In this document: in pieces, positions 39,224 to 48,053 of the stretch
Position numbering within the stretch: position 1 is the stretch's first letter
Layout: every line of letters begins with the position of its first letter
Assembly (NCBI GenBank): GCA_045603585.1
Contig: JAZUMK010000002.1
Span: 6,522-70,521 of the forward strand
Length of the DNA: 64,000 bases
Source of the DNA: Clostridia bacterium
GTDB lineage: Bacteria; Bacillota; Clostridia; Christensenellales; CAG-138
Direction of reading: 5' to 3'
Translations under genes and position numbers: made by a program
Notes under the pieces: model-generated
The model's input: only the letters and a program-made list of their open reading frames with translations
Told to the model about the DNA's origin: nothing
The model's database searches: none

Positions 39224-39250
39224 AAAAGCACCCTTGCGGGTGCTTTTTAT
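39224..39250. terminator. Bidirectional terminator
   Basis: The hairpin is AAAGCACCC-TTGC-GGGTGCTTT, followed by a T-run at 39244-39248. It lies between convergent stops. Confidence 0.8.
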
Positions 39251-39260
39251 ATGGATATCA

Positions 39261-40163
39261 TTATCCCAAATTCTCCAGCATGGAAGAATAGGCATCTGAC
39301 AGCTCAAGAAGCGTATATTTCATTGCTGAGGAGAATTCCTTGGAGGAGGAATAATCGCCTGCTGCAAGGCTGTTCAGCGAAGCAATACATTTATTGCAGC
39401 ATTCTGCAAGGGAGGCAATGGCGGGGGAGGCTTCGGCGTATTTATCGAGATTGCCGCAGGCCGAGGATAGCTCGGTATGAATGGCATTTACCATGGCGGC
39501 TCCTTCTGTTGGGCTCATTCCGCTCTCGTCGAACTCTATGCAGGCAGAGCAAAGGGCAGTCTGTGCTGCGCTCAGGGCGTTAAAGCTTTGCTTTATGCTT
39601 TGGATGTCATCCTTGCCCGCCGTTATGCTGAAGGTGAGGGGGGAGGCGGAAATATCGTAAACCGTACAATCCGTTCCCTCGTTTACGAGCCGCTCCTTTA
39701 CAGCCCTTGCTTCGGCTTCTGTGCCGTAACCGGAAGCAAGCACGCGATACATGCCCTCATCGTGGTATATGTATCCGCCGGCGCCTCTGCTTTTAAGCTC
39801 AGCGGAAAGAGCGGAAGCATTTTCCTCTGAGGAAAATGCACCCATCTGCAGAGCAAAGCAGCTTATGGCGGGCAGCTGTATGTTTTCGTTTACGGCGGAC
39901 AGGCCGCCGTTAAGGCTCACAGCAAGGGAGTCATCCGAAGGGGCGTTTTCCTGCTTCAGCCTGCTTAGCCCATCTGAGCTGAACAAAGGCAGCTCCGCCA
40001 ATGCGCTGAATGCAGGGGCCATAACCTCCTCCGCAAGCCATTTTCCCGCGGCGGAGGCGGTAAACAGGTATATTATCAGCCCCACCATCAGCAGGGCGCC
40101 AAGGGCCTTGCCGGTGCCGGAGGAGTGTTTGCGTTTGCGCTTTCGCCTTCTTGCATATTCCAT
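39261..40163 (-). CDS. SPOR-domain protein (septal peptidoglycan binding) with an N-terminal TM anchor
   Basis: The 300-aa product has a central SPOR-like motif FALQMGAFSSEENASALSAELKSRGAGGYIYHDEGMYRVLASGYGTEAEARAV. Confidence 0.7.
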   Translation of the reverse strand: MEYARRRKRKRKHSSGTGKALGALLMVGLIIYLFTASAAGKWLAEEVMAPAFSALAELPLFSSDGLSRLKQENAPSDDSLAVSLNGGLSAVNENIQLPAISCFALQMGAFSSEENASALSAELKSRGAGGYIYHDEGMYRVLASGYGTEAEARAVKERLVNEGTDCTVYDISASPLTFSITAGKDDIQSIKQSFNALSAAQTALCSACIEFDESGMSPTEGAAMVNAIHTELSSACGNLDKYAEASPAIASLAECCNKCIASLNSLAAGDYSSSKEFSSAMKYTLLELSDAYSSMLENLG

Positions 40164-40287
40164 TACAATATCTCCTTAGTGGTATGGTATATGGATATTC
40201 ATAAGAGGGGTTGTACAGAACAGGCACATGGAATCACCGGAGAGAAAGTGGTATAATTGCCATAATCTCATTGAGGGAGGTGACGGA

Positions 40288-41133
40288 ATGAAGAAGAGGA
40301 CAAAGCTGACAGCTATGGGCATAGCGTTGGCGATAATGCTGTGCGTATGGATAGCCCATGGCAACCAAAACGTAGGCCTTACCACATATGAGCAGGCAGT
40401 AAGCGGGCTTCCGGGGGCATTTGACGGGCTCAGGATAGTACAGCTGTCAGACCTGCACAATGTTTCCTTTGGCGACGATAACCAAAAGCTGATTTCCGTT
40501 ATTGCCCGGGCTCAGCCGGATATGATATTCATCACGGGGGATATGCTGGATTCGCGAAAGACCGACATTGAAGCGGCCTTGAATATTGCAGACAGCATAG
40601 TGAGCATCGCCCCCACGTATTACGTAAACGGCAATCACGAGGCGCGTTTGGCAGAATATGAGGACTTTGAGAGCAGCCTTGAAAAATGCGGGATCACGGT
40701 GCTGCGAAATCGTGCTGTTCAGCTGGAGAGGGAAGGCGCCGTTATAAATATAACAGGGGTGGATGACCCAAGCTTCGCATCGACATATTTTGATTCCGGC
40801 GCAGAGTCGGCCGCTGTGGAGAGCGCTATTGATAAAATGGATACAGAGGGCTGCACGCTGCTGCTTGCTCACAGGCCGGAGCTTTTTGACGTATATGCGG
40901 AAAACGGCATTGAGCTTGCTTTTTGCGGCCATACTCACGGCGGACAGATACGGCTGCCGCTGCTTGGGGGATTATATGCGCCGGGGCTGGGCTTTTTGCC
41001 GGAATATGACGGCGGGCTGTATCATAAAGGCGGCAGCGCAATGATAGTGAGCCGGGGCATAGGCAACAGCATATTCCCCTTCAGAGTAAATAACGATCCG
41101 GAAGTAATATTGGCTATACTCAGCTGCGGATAA
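40288..41133 (+). CDS. Membrane-anchored calcineurin-like metallophosphoesterase (YkuE-like)
   Basis: The ATG at 40288 follows GAGGGAGG. Motifs include QLSDLH, TGD, GNHE and GHTHGGQ. Confidence 0.8.
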   Translation: MKKRTKLTAMGIALAIMLCVWIAHGNQNVGLTTYEQAVSGLPGAFDGLRIVQLSDLHNVSFGDDNQKLISVIARAQPDMIFITGDMLDSRKTDIEAALNIADSIVSIAPTYYVNGNHEARLAEYEDFESSLEKCGITVLRNRAVQLEREGAVINITGVDDPSFASTYFDSGAESAAVESAIDKMDTEGCTLLLAHRPELFDVYAENGIELAFCGHTHGGQIRLPLLGGLYAPGLGFLPEYDGGLYHKGGSAMIVSRGIGNSIFPFRVNNDPEVILAILSCG

Positions 41134-41135
41134 AG

Positions 41136-41172
41136 CAAAGGCACATGATGAATATCATGTGCCTTTTAAAAA
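41136..41172. terminator. Bidirectional terminator shared by the phosphoesterase gene and rnpB
   Basis: The 13-bp stem is AAAGGCACATGAT (41137-41149) / ATCATGTGCCTTT (41154-41166), flanked by T/A runs. Confidence 0.8.
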
Positions 41173-41176
41173 ATTG

Positions 41177-41532
41177 ATGCGAGCAAGCCGTAAGCCGAGT
41201 TCTGTCCGGGACTTTCGTCCTTGGGTGACCATCTATCTAGGCCTGTCGTTGCCGGCAGGCTCGTGCGATTATCAAGAGCGTGACGGGCCGCCATTAAATG
41301 CTCTCATTCCAATCTTGCACCGGGTGGGGTTTACATGGCGGACAAGTCGCCAGGCCGCCGGTGAGCTCTTACCTCGCCTTTCCATCCTTACCGCAGAAAA
41401 CTGCGGCGGTATATTTCTGTTGCACTTTCCCTGGAGTCGCCTCCGCCGGACGTTATCCGGCACCCTGCCCTATGGAGCTCGGACTTTCCTCATACGGTCA
41501 AAGCCGCATGCAGTCACCTGTCTTACTCGCAA
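41177..41532 (-). ncRNA. rnpB: RNase P RNA, bacterial type A
   Basis: The reverse complement reads GCGAGUAAG..GAGGAAAGUCCGAGCUCCAUAGGGCAGGGUGCCGGAUAACGUCCGG..GGGAAAGUGCAACAGAAA..GGACAGAACUCGGCUUACGGCUUGCUCGC. Both P4 strands, the P1 pairing and the type-A core are recognisable. The ends are approximate to about 5 nt. Confidence 0.93.
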
Positions 41533-41559
41533 AACTTTGTATTCGGTTGTAAATGTACG

Positions 41560-42279
41560 TTATTGCTTATTGTAGAGTATTCTGCCGCAGTTTTCGCATT
41601 CCACCAATCCTGTGCCGGATTCCACCTTTTTGACTATTGAGGTGGGGAGAGACATACGGCATCCGCTGCACTGATTGTTTTCCACAGTGGCGATCGGGTT
41701 GGCATAGTTGGAGCGGATGGCGGTATAGCGTTTGAGCAGGGCAGGATCGATGCCCTCCTTCAGCTTATCTGCCGCGGCAACAGCCTGTTCCCTTTCGGGA
41801 GCGGCCTGAGCCTTTTCGTCCTCGCAGGCGGCGCGGACGGTGTCGTATTCCTTCTTGGCCTTGCCTGCCTTTGCGTAGGTTTCTTTGTAGTCTGTGCTGG
41901 CCTTATCAAGGAAGGAGATAGCATCGGTGATATCCTTGCGGGCGGAGGTTATCTGATCCATAAGGCCTTCCATGGACTTGCGGGCCTCGGTCATTTCGGC
42001 TGCAGTGCATTCCTCGTCGTTTTCCATGGTGGAGAATTCGGAAAGCTCCAGCTCCAGCCTGCGCTCCAGCTCCTGACAGAGGGAGGTGAGCCTGGTAAGG
42101 GCTGCGCCCTTTGCTTCGATTTGCTTGGTGAGGGAGGCCGCCTGTGCCTGCTGCTCGGTAAGGAAGGAATGGAGCTTGTTGAGGCGGGCGCGGTTGGGGG
42201 TGGTCTTGAGGCGGTTGTCTATCTTGGCAACGGCCTGCTGAGCCTGGTCGTACAGCCAGAGATCGTCGATCTTGGTCAT
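41560..42279 (-). CDS. Coiled-coil protein with a C-terminal C4 zinc ribbon (COG1579/DUF164-like)
   Basis: The ATG at 42279 follows AGGAGG. The 239-aa product has a long coiled coil and then NNQCSGCRMSLP...CENCGRILY. Confidence 0.75.
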   Translation of the reverse strand: MTKIDDLWLYDQAQQAVAKIDNRLKTTPNRARLNKLHSFLTEQQAQAASLTKQIEAKGAALTRLTSLCQELERRLELELSEFSTMENDEECTAAEMTEARKSMEGLMDQITSARKDITDAISFLDKASTDYKETYAKAGKAKKEYDTVRAACEDEKAQAAPEREQAVAAADKLKEGIDPALLKRYTAIRSNYANPIATVENNQCSGCRMSLPTSIVKKVESGTGLVECENCGRILYNKQ

Positions 42280-42314
42280 GGTATTACCTCCTGTATTGAT
42301 AGCCCGGGGGAGAA

Positions 42315-43079
42315 TTATATCCCCCTGAGGCACGCCGATTCCGAACGTGTCAACTTATATTGTACATCATTAGTAAGGGCTTGTAAACGGCTGATAAGGG
42401 GCTGCAAAACCACTTTTTCCGTTTCATAGTGTCCCGCTTCCACAATGCACAGGCCCATAGCCTCTGCCTGCAGAGCGAGATGATGCTTCATTTCGCCTGT
42501 GATAAATACATCTGCGCCTGCGGCCTTTGCGGCAAACATATCCTCTGCGGCGCTGCCGCCAATAAGGGCGATGCGCTGAACAGGTACGGAATCCTCGCCG
42601 GATATGCGTACGCGGGTAGCGAGCTTTTGCTCAACCATGCGTGCAAAATCCGCAAATGGCATGGGAGAAGCAAGGCTGCCTATGCGGCCAAGGTTGTCGG
42701 GTAGCAGCTTTTCAATACTCTGAAGCTCCAGCGTTTCCGCAAGGCAATCATTTACGCCTCCCTCAGCGGAATCCAGATTGGTATGGGCGGCAAAAAGGCC
42801 GATACCGTGGCGGATGAGCATATATGCCCCTGCGGTATTGGGGTCATCGGGGGCGATGCGCTTTACTCCGCCGAAAAATACGGGATGGTGGGTAAGCAGC
42901 AAATCTGCTCCCCATTCAATGGCTTCCTTTGCAGTCTGAACAGAGCAGTCCAGCGCCACCAGCACCTTGGATATTTCGGTTTTTTCCGTGCCTATCAGCA
43001 GGCCGGGGTTGTCCCATGAGCAGGCCAGCTCCTTTGGGGCTATGGTTTCCATTGCGGCAATAAAGTCATTCAGCTTCAT
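42315..43079 (-). CDS. Nif3-family dinuclear metal-centre protein (YqfO-like)
   Basis: The 254-aa product has WDN(P)GLLIG, HHP(V)FF and a C-terminal HYETE motif. Confidence 0.88.
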   Translation of the reverse strand: MKLNDFIAAMETIAPKELACSWDNPGLLIGTEKTEISKVLVALDCSVQTAKEAIEWGADLLLTHHPVFFGGVKRIAPDDPNTAGAYMLIRHGIGLFAAHTNLDSAEGGVNDCLAETLELQSIEKLLPDNLGRIGSLASPMPFADFARMVEQKLATRVRISGEDSVPVQRIALIGGSAAEDMFAAKAAGADVFITGEMKHHLALQAEAMGLCIVEAGHYETEKVVLQPLISRLQALTNDVQYKLTRSESACLRGI

Positions 43080-43795
43080 TTTTTCATCTCCGTAGCCAGG
43101 TTTATAAGTGTATCAGCTCTGTTGATTATATCCAGCAGAGCATCGGGCGAGACGCCCTTGCGCTCTGCCTGAGCAAGCCTTCTTACGTGGCCTGCCTTAT
43201 ACTGCTCAAGCAACGGCAGCAGCAGCGGGTCTCCCTTTTCAAACATCATATAGCCGAGGGAATACTCGTTCTCAGGAAACCATGGGGGAGCAGGCGCGGG
43301 CACTCCGGGGGTTACGCAGAGTATCTGGTATATGCGCCCCGCATCCAATACGAGTTTTTCATCTGCTATGCGCAGGGAGTTTTCCTTAAAAAACAGCCGA
43401 AGCTCTTCCACGCCCCGCATGGGCTGCATGACGATAGCCTTTGCGCTTTGAGTTACATCAGGTGCTGCGGAAAGTATTTTTGCAATAAGCTCGCCCCCCA
43501 TGCCTGCGATTATCATGGCATCTGCCGTTCCGGGCGCAAGGTGGGCTATGCCGTCGGATACCACGGTATGCATCCTGTCGGACAGGCCGCATTTTTGCGC
43601 CAGCAGCCTTGCCTTTTCAAGGGAGGGAGCGCTGATATCAGAGGCGGTCACGGTTTTTGCCCGTCCCTGCTGAAGCAGCGCAACCGAAAGCCTGCCATGG
43701 TCGCAGCCGATATCTGCGGCGTGTTCTGCATTTTTTATCATATCCGCCGCGGCCTGCAGCCGGGGACGGAGCTGTACACGATTCCTCATATTCAT
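43076..43795 (-). CDS. trmK: tRNA (adenine22-N1)-methyltransferase TrmK
   Basis: The start is at 43795 or 43789 (MNMRNRVQLRPRLQ). Motifs include DIGCDHG(R)L, IAGMGGELI and a C-terminal coiled-coil domain. The gene overlaps the nif3 start by 4 nt. In Bacillus the trmK-yqfO pair follows sigA. Confidence 0.85.
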   Translation of the reverse strand: MNMRNRVQLRPRLQAAADMIKNAEHAADIGCDHGRLSVALLQQGRAKTVTASDISAPSLEKARLLAQKCGLSDRMHTVVSDGIAHLAPGTADAMIIAGMGGELIAKILSAAPDVTQSAKAIVMQPMRGVEELRLFFKENSLRIADEKLVLDAGRIYQILCVTPGVPAPAPPWFPENEYSLGYMMFEKGDPLLLPLLEQYKAGHVRRLAQAERKGVSPDALLDIINRADTLINLATEMKK

Positions 43796-43916
43796 ACTAT
43801 ATAATAAATGCATTGCCGATGCAAACGCCAATGACAAATCCGTCATTGTGTAATATAATATATTTATCTTTATACACACATCTCATTCCCGAAAAAGCGG
43901 GGCAGGAGGCGTAATT

Positions 43917-45647
43917 ATGATGACAAGATGGGCAGAGCAGCTGGACAGGGACAATGTACTGACAGAGTATCCCCGCCCCCAGCTTCGCCGCAATAGCTAT
44001 ATAAATCTCAACGGCCGGTGGAATTATGCAATAGTGCGGGGCAAGGGCATACCCGACGTTCCGGACGGAGAGATAATCGTACCCTTTTCACCGGAAAGCG
44101 TGCTGTCCGGGGTTATGCGAAAGGTCACACCTGAGGATACCCTGTGGTATATGCGCAGTTTTGAATTGCCTGCGGATTTCAACATAGGCCGCGTGCTGCT
44201 GCATTTCGGTGCGGTGGATCAGATCGCAACGGTATATCTCAACGGCATTGAGCTTTATACACATATCGGCGGATATACTCCTTTCTCCATAGACATTACC
44301 CGGGAGCTGAGGGAAGAAAACCAGCTGATAGTAAAAGTAAAGGACCTTACGGATACATCCCACCATACCCGCGGCAAGCAAAAGACCCGCAAGGGAGGCA
44401 TATGGTACACTCCCCAGAGCGGAATATGGCAGACGGTATGGATGGAAAGCGTGCCGGAGGAATACATCGAAGGCCTGCATATAACCCCTCTTTACGATGA
44501 AGAGGCGGTGGAGATAACCGTGTTTTCTCAGGCGCAGCGGCCCTGTACTGCGAGGGTAGGCATGGTGGTTGCGGAGGGAGATACAAACGTACCCATCCGC
44601 ATCAGCCTGCAGGGATTCAGCCCCTGGACACCGGAAAACCCCTACCTTTACGATTTTTCCGTGCAGATGGGCGAAGACAGGGTGGAAAGCTATTTCGGCA
44701 TGCGAAAATTCGAAATGAAGCAGGATGAGGACGGCATAAAGCGGCTGTTCCTGAATGACAAGCCATATTTTCACAGTGGCGTACTGGATCAGGGGTATTG
44801 GCCGGATGGGCTGTACACCCCTGCATCGGATGAAGCCATGATAGCGGATATCCTTGCCATGAAGGAACTGGGCTTCAATATGCTGAGGAAGCACATAAAA
44901 ATAGAGCCTCTGCGCTGGTACTACCACTGCGACAGGCTGGGCATGCTGGTTTGGCAGGATATGGTAAACGGCGGAGGAAAGTACGACAGCCTCGTTGTGA
45001 CTGCGCCGCTGTTTACAGGAGCAAACATAAGGGACAATAAGTATTCCCGCTTCAGCAGGGGGGATGAGGCAGGCAGAGAGCAGTTCAAAAAGGAACTGGA
45101 GGACATGATAGCCCATCTTTACAACTGCGTCTCCATTGCCGTATGGGTGCCCTTTAACGAGGGCTGGGGCCAGTTTGATGCGGCGGAAATTGCCGGGCGG
45201 GTAAGGCAGATGGATCCCACAAGGCTCATTGACCATGTCAGCGGATGGCATGACCAGGGAGCAGGGGACATTTACAGCCGCCATGTGTATTTCAAGCCAT
45301 ATCGTTTCAAGGGAGATGATAAGGGCAGAGCCGTGTGCCTGACGGAGTGCGGCGGCTACAGCCTGAGGCTGGAGGGCAGCGGCGAAGCCGCAAGGGAATT
45401 TGGCTATAAAAAGCTGAAGAGCCGCGAGGAGCTTATGGAAGCCTTCCGCAGGCTGTATGAACAAGAGATAATTCCATCAATACCCAAAGGACTGTCCGCC
45501 GTGATATATACCCAGCTCAGCGATGTTGAGGGAGAAACAAACGGCCTGCTTACCTATGACAGAGATATGCTTAAGGTTGACGGAGATGCTGTTAGGGAAA
45601 TAAACAGCAGGCTGATCTATGCTCCTCAGGGAGAGAGCGAAAGCTGA
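43917..45647 (+). CDS. Glycoside hydrolase family 2 protein (beta-galactosidase/glucuronidase-like)
   Basis: The 576-aa product has a sugar-binding N-terminal domain (FGAVDQIATVYLNG), TIM-barrel motifs (NMLRKH, WQDM, NEGWGQ) and a candidate nucleophile E in LTECGGY. Confidence 0.8.
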   Translation: MMTRWAEQLDRDNVLTEYPRPQLRRNSYINLNGRWNYAIVRGKGIPDVPDGEIIVPFSPESVLSGVMRKVTPEDTLWYMRSFELPADFNIGRVLLHFGAVDQIATVYLNGIELYTHIGGYTPFSIDITRELREENQLIVKVKDLTDTSHHTRGKQKTRKGGIWYTPQSGIWQTVWMESVPEEYIEGLHITPLYDEEAVEITVFSQAQRPCTARVGMVVAEGDTNVPIRISLQGFSPWTPENPYLYDFSVQMGEDRVESYFGMRKFEMKQDEDGIKRLFLNDKPYFHSGVLDQGYWPDGLYTPASDEAMIADILAMKELGFNMLRKHIKIEPLRWYYHCDRLGMLVWQDMVNGGGKYDSLVVTAPLFTGANIRDNKYSRFSRGDEAGREQFKKELEDMIAHLYNCVSIAVWVPFNEGWGQFDAAEIAGRVRQMDPTRLIDHVSGWHDQGAGDIYSRHVYFKPYRFKGDDKGRAVCLTECGGYSLRLEGSGEAAREFGYKKLKSREELMEAFRRLYEQEIIPSIPKGLSAVIYTQLSDVEGETNGLLTYDRDMLKVDGDAVREINSRLIYAPQGESES

Positions 45648-46570
45648 TCGGGGGTTATTCCGCCGCAGTTGGCAATGGCTTCCGATAAAAGGTCAACGCT
45701 GTTAAGGGCCTGCTCCAGCGTATTTGCATTATGCCCTACTTCCACCAGCAGACATTGATCTGATATGTGCTGATTGTACCGGCCGGTTTTTACTCGTATC
45801 TCCCGTACCAGTCTTTCATCTATATCCGCAATGTATTCTGTGATCCTTTTTGCAAGGGCATAGTTTGCCTCAAAGTCCGGCATCTGGGAATAGCCTGTGC
45901 CGGTGGCGCCCTTGCCTGTACCGACCACAAACATTATACGGGCGTACTCCTTGCCGTCTATGGAAACATAGTCGGCAATTTCTTTTGGGTCGTTTCCGTA
46001 TGCGTCCCGGTGTACGTCTATGAACATGGTAAGAGAAGGGTACTTTTTCTTATATTTTTCCATGGTTTCCACGGAGCGGGAATAGGCGGTGGCAAGCTTT
46101 GGCGGTTCGTGGTTGGTGGTATCGTGCAGTACGGAGATCCCGTAGCTGCGAAGGCTTTCTGCAAGCTTTTCGCCTACCGCGGTCATATTTTTGTCCTTTT
46201 CCGTGGTGCGCCATTTGCTGCTGTCCTCATAGGTGCTGTCTTTGGTTTTGAAGTATGCTTCGGTGATGTGGGTGTGGTATATGAGTATCCTTGGCTCCTT
46301 GCCGCCAAGGTCAATATCCGGCGCATTGGGTATAAGCTCGATGCTTATGCCGGGAGGGAGTATATCCTGGTCCGGCGGATTATCGGGCTGCTCAGTATAC
46401 ATAGGGGCCACTTGTACAAAGGGAAACTGCAGGCAAAGCAGCAGATGTTCAAGGCGGATGTTTCCATTGTAATAAGCTCCCATTCTCAGGGAGTATACAA
46501 GCAGGCTCAAAATGAACAGTATCAGCGGTATAGGGTTTAGCTTTGGGGTTTTGCGTCGATTCTTTTGCAT
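45626..46570 (-). CDS. spoIIP: Stage II sporulation protein P
   Basis: The 314-aa product has an N-terminal TM helix and then ILIYHTH..E.Y and HRD motifs of the SpoIIP amidase family. It lies immediately downstream of gpr, as in Bacillus. Confidence 0.88.
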   Translation of the reverse strand: MQKNRRKTPKLNPIPLILFILSLLVYSLRMGAYYNGNIRLEHLLLCLQFPFVQVAPMYTEQPDNPPDQDILPPGISIELIPNAPDIDLGGKEPRILIYHTHITEAYFKTKDSTYEDSSKWRTTEKDKNMTAVGEKLAESLRSYGISVLHDTTNHEPPKLATAYSRSVETMEKYKKKYPSLTMFIDVHRDAYGNDPKEIADYVSIDGKEYARIMFVVGTGKGATGTGYSQMPDFEANYALAKRITEYIADIDERLVREIRVKTGRYNQHISDQCLLVEVGHNANTLEQALNSVDLLSEAIANCGGITPDQLSLSP

Positions 46571-46621
46571 AGCGTGACAAGCCCTCCCTTAAATTGTTAT
46601 GAGGGAGGGCTGTGCGGTATG

Positions 46622-47545
46622 CTATGCGGTAAGCATTCGTATGTGTTCGTAATCCGCATCAAACAGGGCGAGGTTTATGGCGTCACCGATTATGCGGGAC
46701 ATATCCTCCACGATGGCATCTATATCCTTGGGGGTGACTACCATCGGGCCGAGATTTTCGCTTATTACCTCTGCCGCAAGGCCGCGGAGCTTTTGCTCAT
46801 CGCCGTGAAGGCCGGTTTTATCCGCAATGAGGGAAATCACCTCCTGAGAGATGGTGGCGGCATGCACTACCATAGGCACGCCGATGGCTATAACGGGCAC
46901 GCCGAAAACTTCTTCGGTAAGGCCCTTTCGGGTATTGCCCACGCCGCTGCCGGGGCTTATACCGGTATCGGTAAGCTGTATTGTGGTGCTGATGCGGGCA
47001 GCGCGGCGGGAAGCGAGAGCATCCACCGCAATTATCAGGTCGGGCTTTATGTGTTCCGCAATGCCCCGGATTACCTCCATGGTTTCTACGCCTGTGGAGC
47101 CGAGTACGCCGGGAGCAACCGAGCATACCGAGCGAACAGGCCCCGGCAGGGCTTCCGGCATGTATTCGTTTATGTGGCGGGTAACGAATACCTTTTCCGC
47201 AGTTCTTGGGCCAAGGGAATCCGGTGTGATCGCCCTGTTGCCAAGACCCACCACCAGCACAGTTGCCTTATCGGGAAGATAGCCTGATATGTGCATTATT
47301 TCTTGGGAAAGGGCTTTGCTGATTTCCTCAAACAGAGGGAGGTGCCTGTTGGCAAGGGCGGGGGAGTCCAGCGTTACATACAGGCCCATGGGCTTGTCCA
47401 GTTTGGCTGCAGCCTGATGGGTTTCTATCTTTATGCGGGATACGGAATAATCCTGCTTTTCCTCCGTATGCTCTGTAACGCCCCGAATATCGGGATTAAG
47501 CTCCCGGGATTCCATTGCAAGGTCGGTATATATGCTGTTTGACAT
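46622..47545 (-). CDS. gpr: Germination protease (GPR endopeptidase)
   Basis: The ATG at 47545 gives MSNSIYTDLAMESREL... Motifs include LVVGLGN(R)AITPD(S)LGP and IIAVDALASR. The much longer track ORF (to 48064) runs antisense through rpsT and is rejected. Confidence 0.92.
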   Translation of the reverse strand: MSNSIYTDLAMESRELNPDIRGVTEHTEEKQDYSVSRIKIETHQAAAKLDKPMGLYVTLDSPALANRHLPLFEEISKALSQEIMHISGYLPDKATVLVVGLGNRAITPDSLGPRTAEKVFVTRHINEYMPEALPGPVRSVCSVAPGVLGSTGVETMEVIRGIAEHIKPDLIIAVDALASRRAARISTTIQLTDTGISPGSGVGNTRKGLTEEVFGVPVIAIGVPMVVHAATISQEVISLIADKTGLHGDEQKLRGLAAEVISENLGPMVVTPKDIDAIVEDMSRIIGDAINLALFDADYEHIRMLTA

Positions 47546-47639
47546 GGTTTTTTCAGCTCCTAAAAATAATATACTTGTATTATGGCGTAAAAGCCGATAC
47601 AATATTTTGCGGAAAAACACCGAAACAGAAAAAATGGGC

Positions 47640-47668
47640 TTGCATTGGGCAGGTTCATATGATATAAT
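47640..47668 (+). promoter_or_regulatory. Sigma-A-type promoter for rpsT
   Basis: The sequence is TTGCAT (47640-47645), a 17-nt spacer, then TATAAT (47663-47668). Confidence 0.6.
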
Positions 47669-47707
47669 GCATTCTGTTCGAGTAAAAAACACAGGGGGTG
47701 AATTGTT

Positions 47708-47968
47708 TTGGCTAACCATAAGTCCGCTTTGAAGCGCGTAGGCGTCAGCGAGAAGAAGAATCTTCGCAACCGCATGATCACTTCTCAGGTTAAGACTGCT
47801 GTTAAGAGCTTTGATAAGGCTCTGGCTTCCGATGACAAGGCCGCTATTGATAGCGCCTATGTTAACGCTGTAAGCACCGTCGATAAGGCAGCCGGTAAGG
47901 GCGTTATCCATAAGAACGCTGCTGATCGCAAAAAGGCTCAGTTGGCAATAAAGCTGGCGGCAAAATAA
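47708..47968 (+). CDS. rpsT: 30S ribosomal protein S20
   Basis: A TTG start follows GGGGGTG. The 86-aa product starts (M)ANHKSALKRVGVSEKKNLRNR. It is divergent from gpr, as in Bacillus. Confidence 0.93.
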   Translation: MANHKSALKRVGVSEKKNLRNRMITSQVKTAVKSFDKALASDDKAAIDSAYVNAVSTVDKAAGKGVIHKNAADRKKAQLAIKLAAK

Positions 47969-48001
47969 AGCCAAAAGAATTGCCCGTTTAATAGACGCGT
48001 T

Positions 48002-48029
48002 AAAGGCCAACCAACAGGTTGGTTTTTTC
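48002..48029 (+). terminator. Rho-independent terminator after rpsT
   Basis: The stem is CCAACC (48007-48012) / GGTTGG (48017-48022), followed by TTTTTT. Confidence 0.7.
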
Positions 48030-48053
48030 GTGCGAAAGGGAGGAGTTTCCTTT

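Noticed and set aside
41159-41575. A 138-aa + strand ORF and other short ORFs across 41159-41575
   Set aside because: The region is the RNase P RNA gene on the opposite strand, so these ORFs are incidental.
47546-47620. A forespore sigma-F/G promoter upstream of gpr (a CATAATA -10-like element)
   Set aside because: The candidate -35 (GTATC) is only 11 nt from the -10-like element and does not fit the consensus spacing. The match is not good enough to report as a feature.
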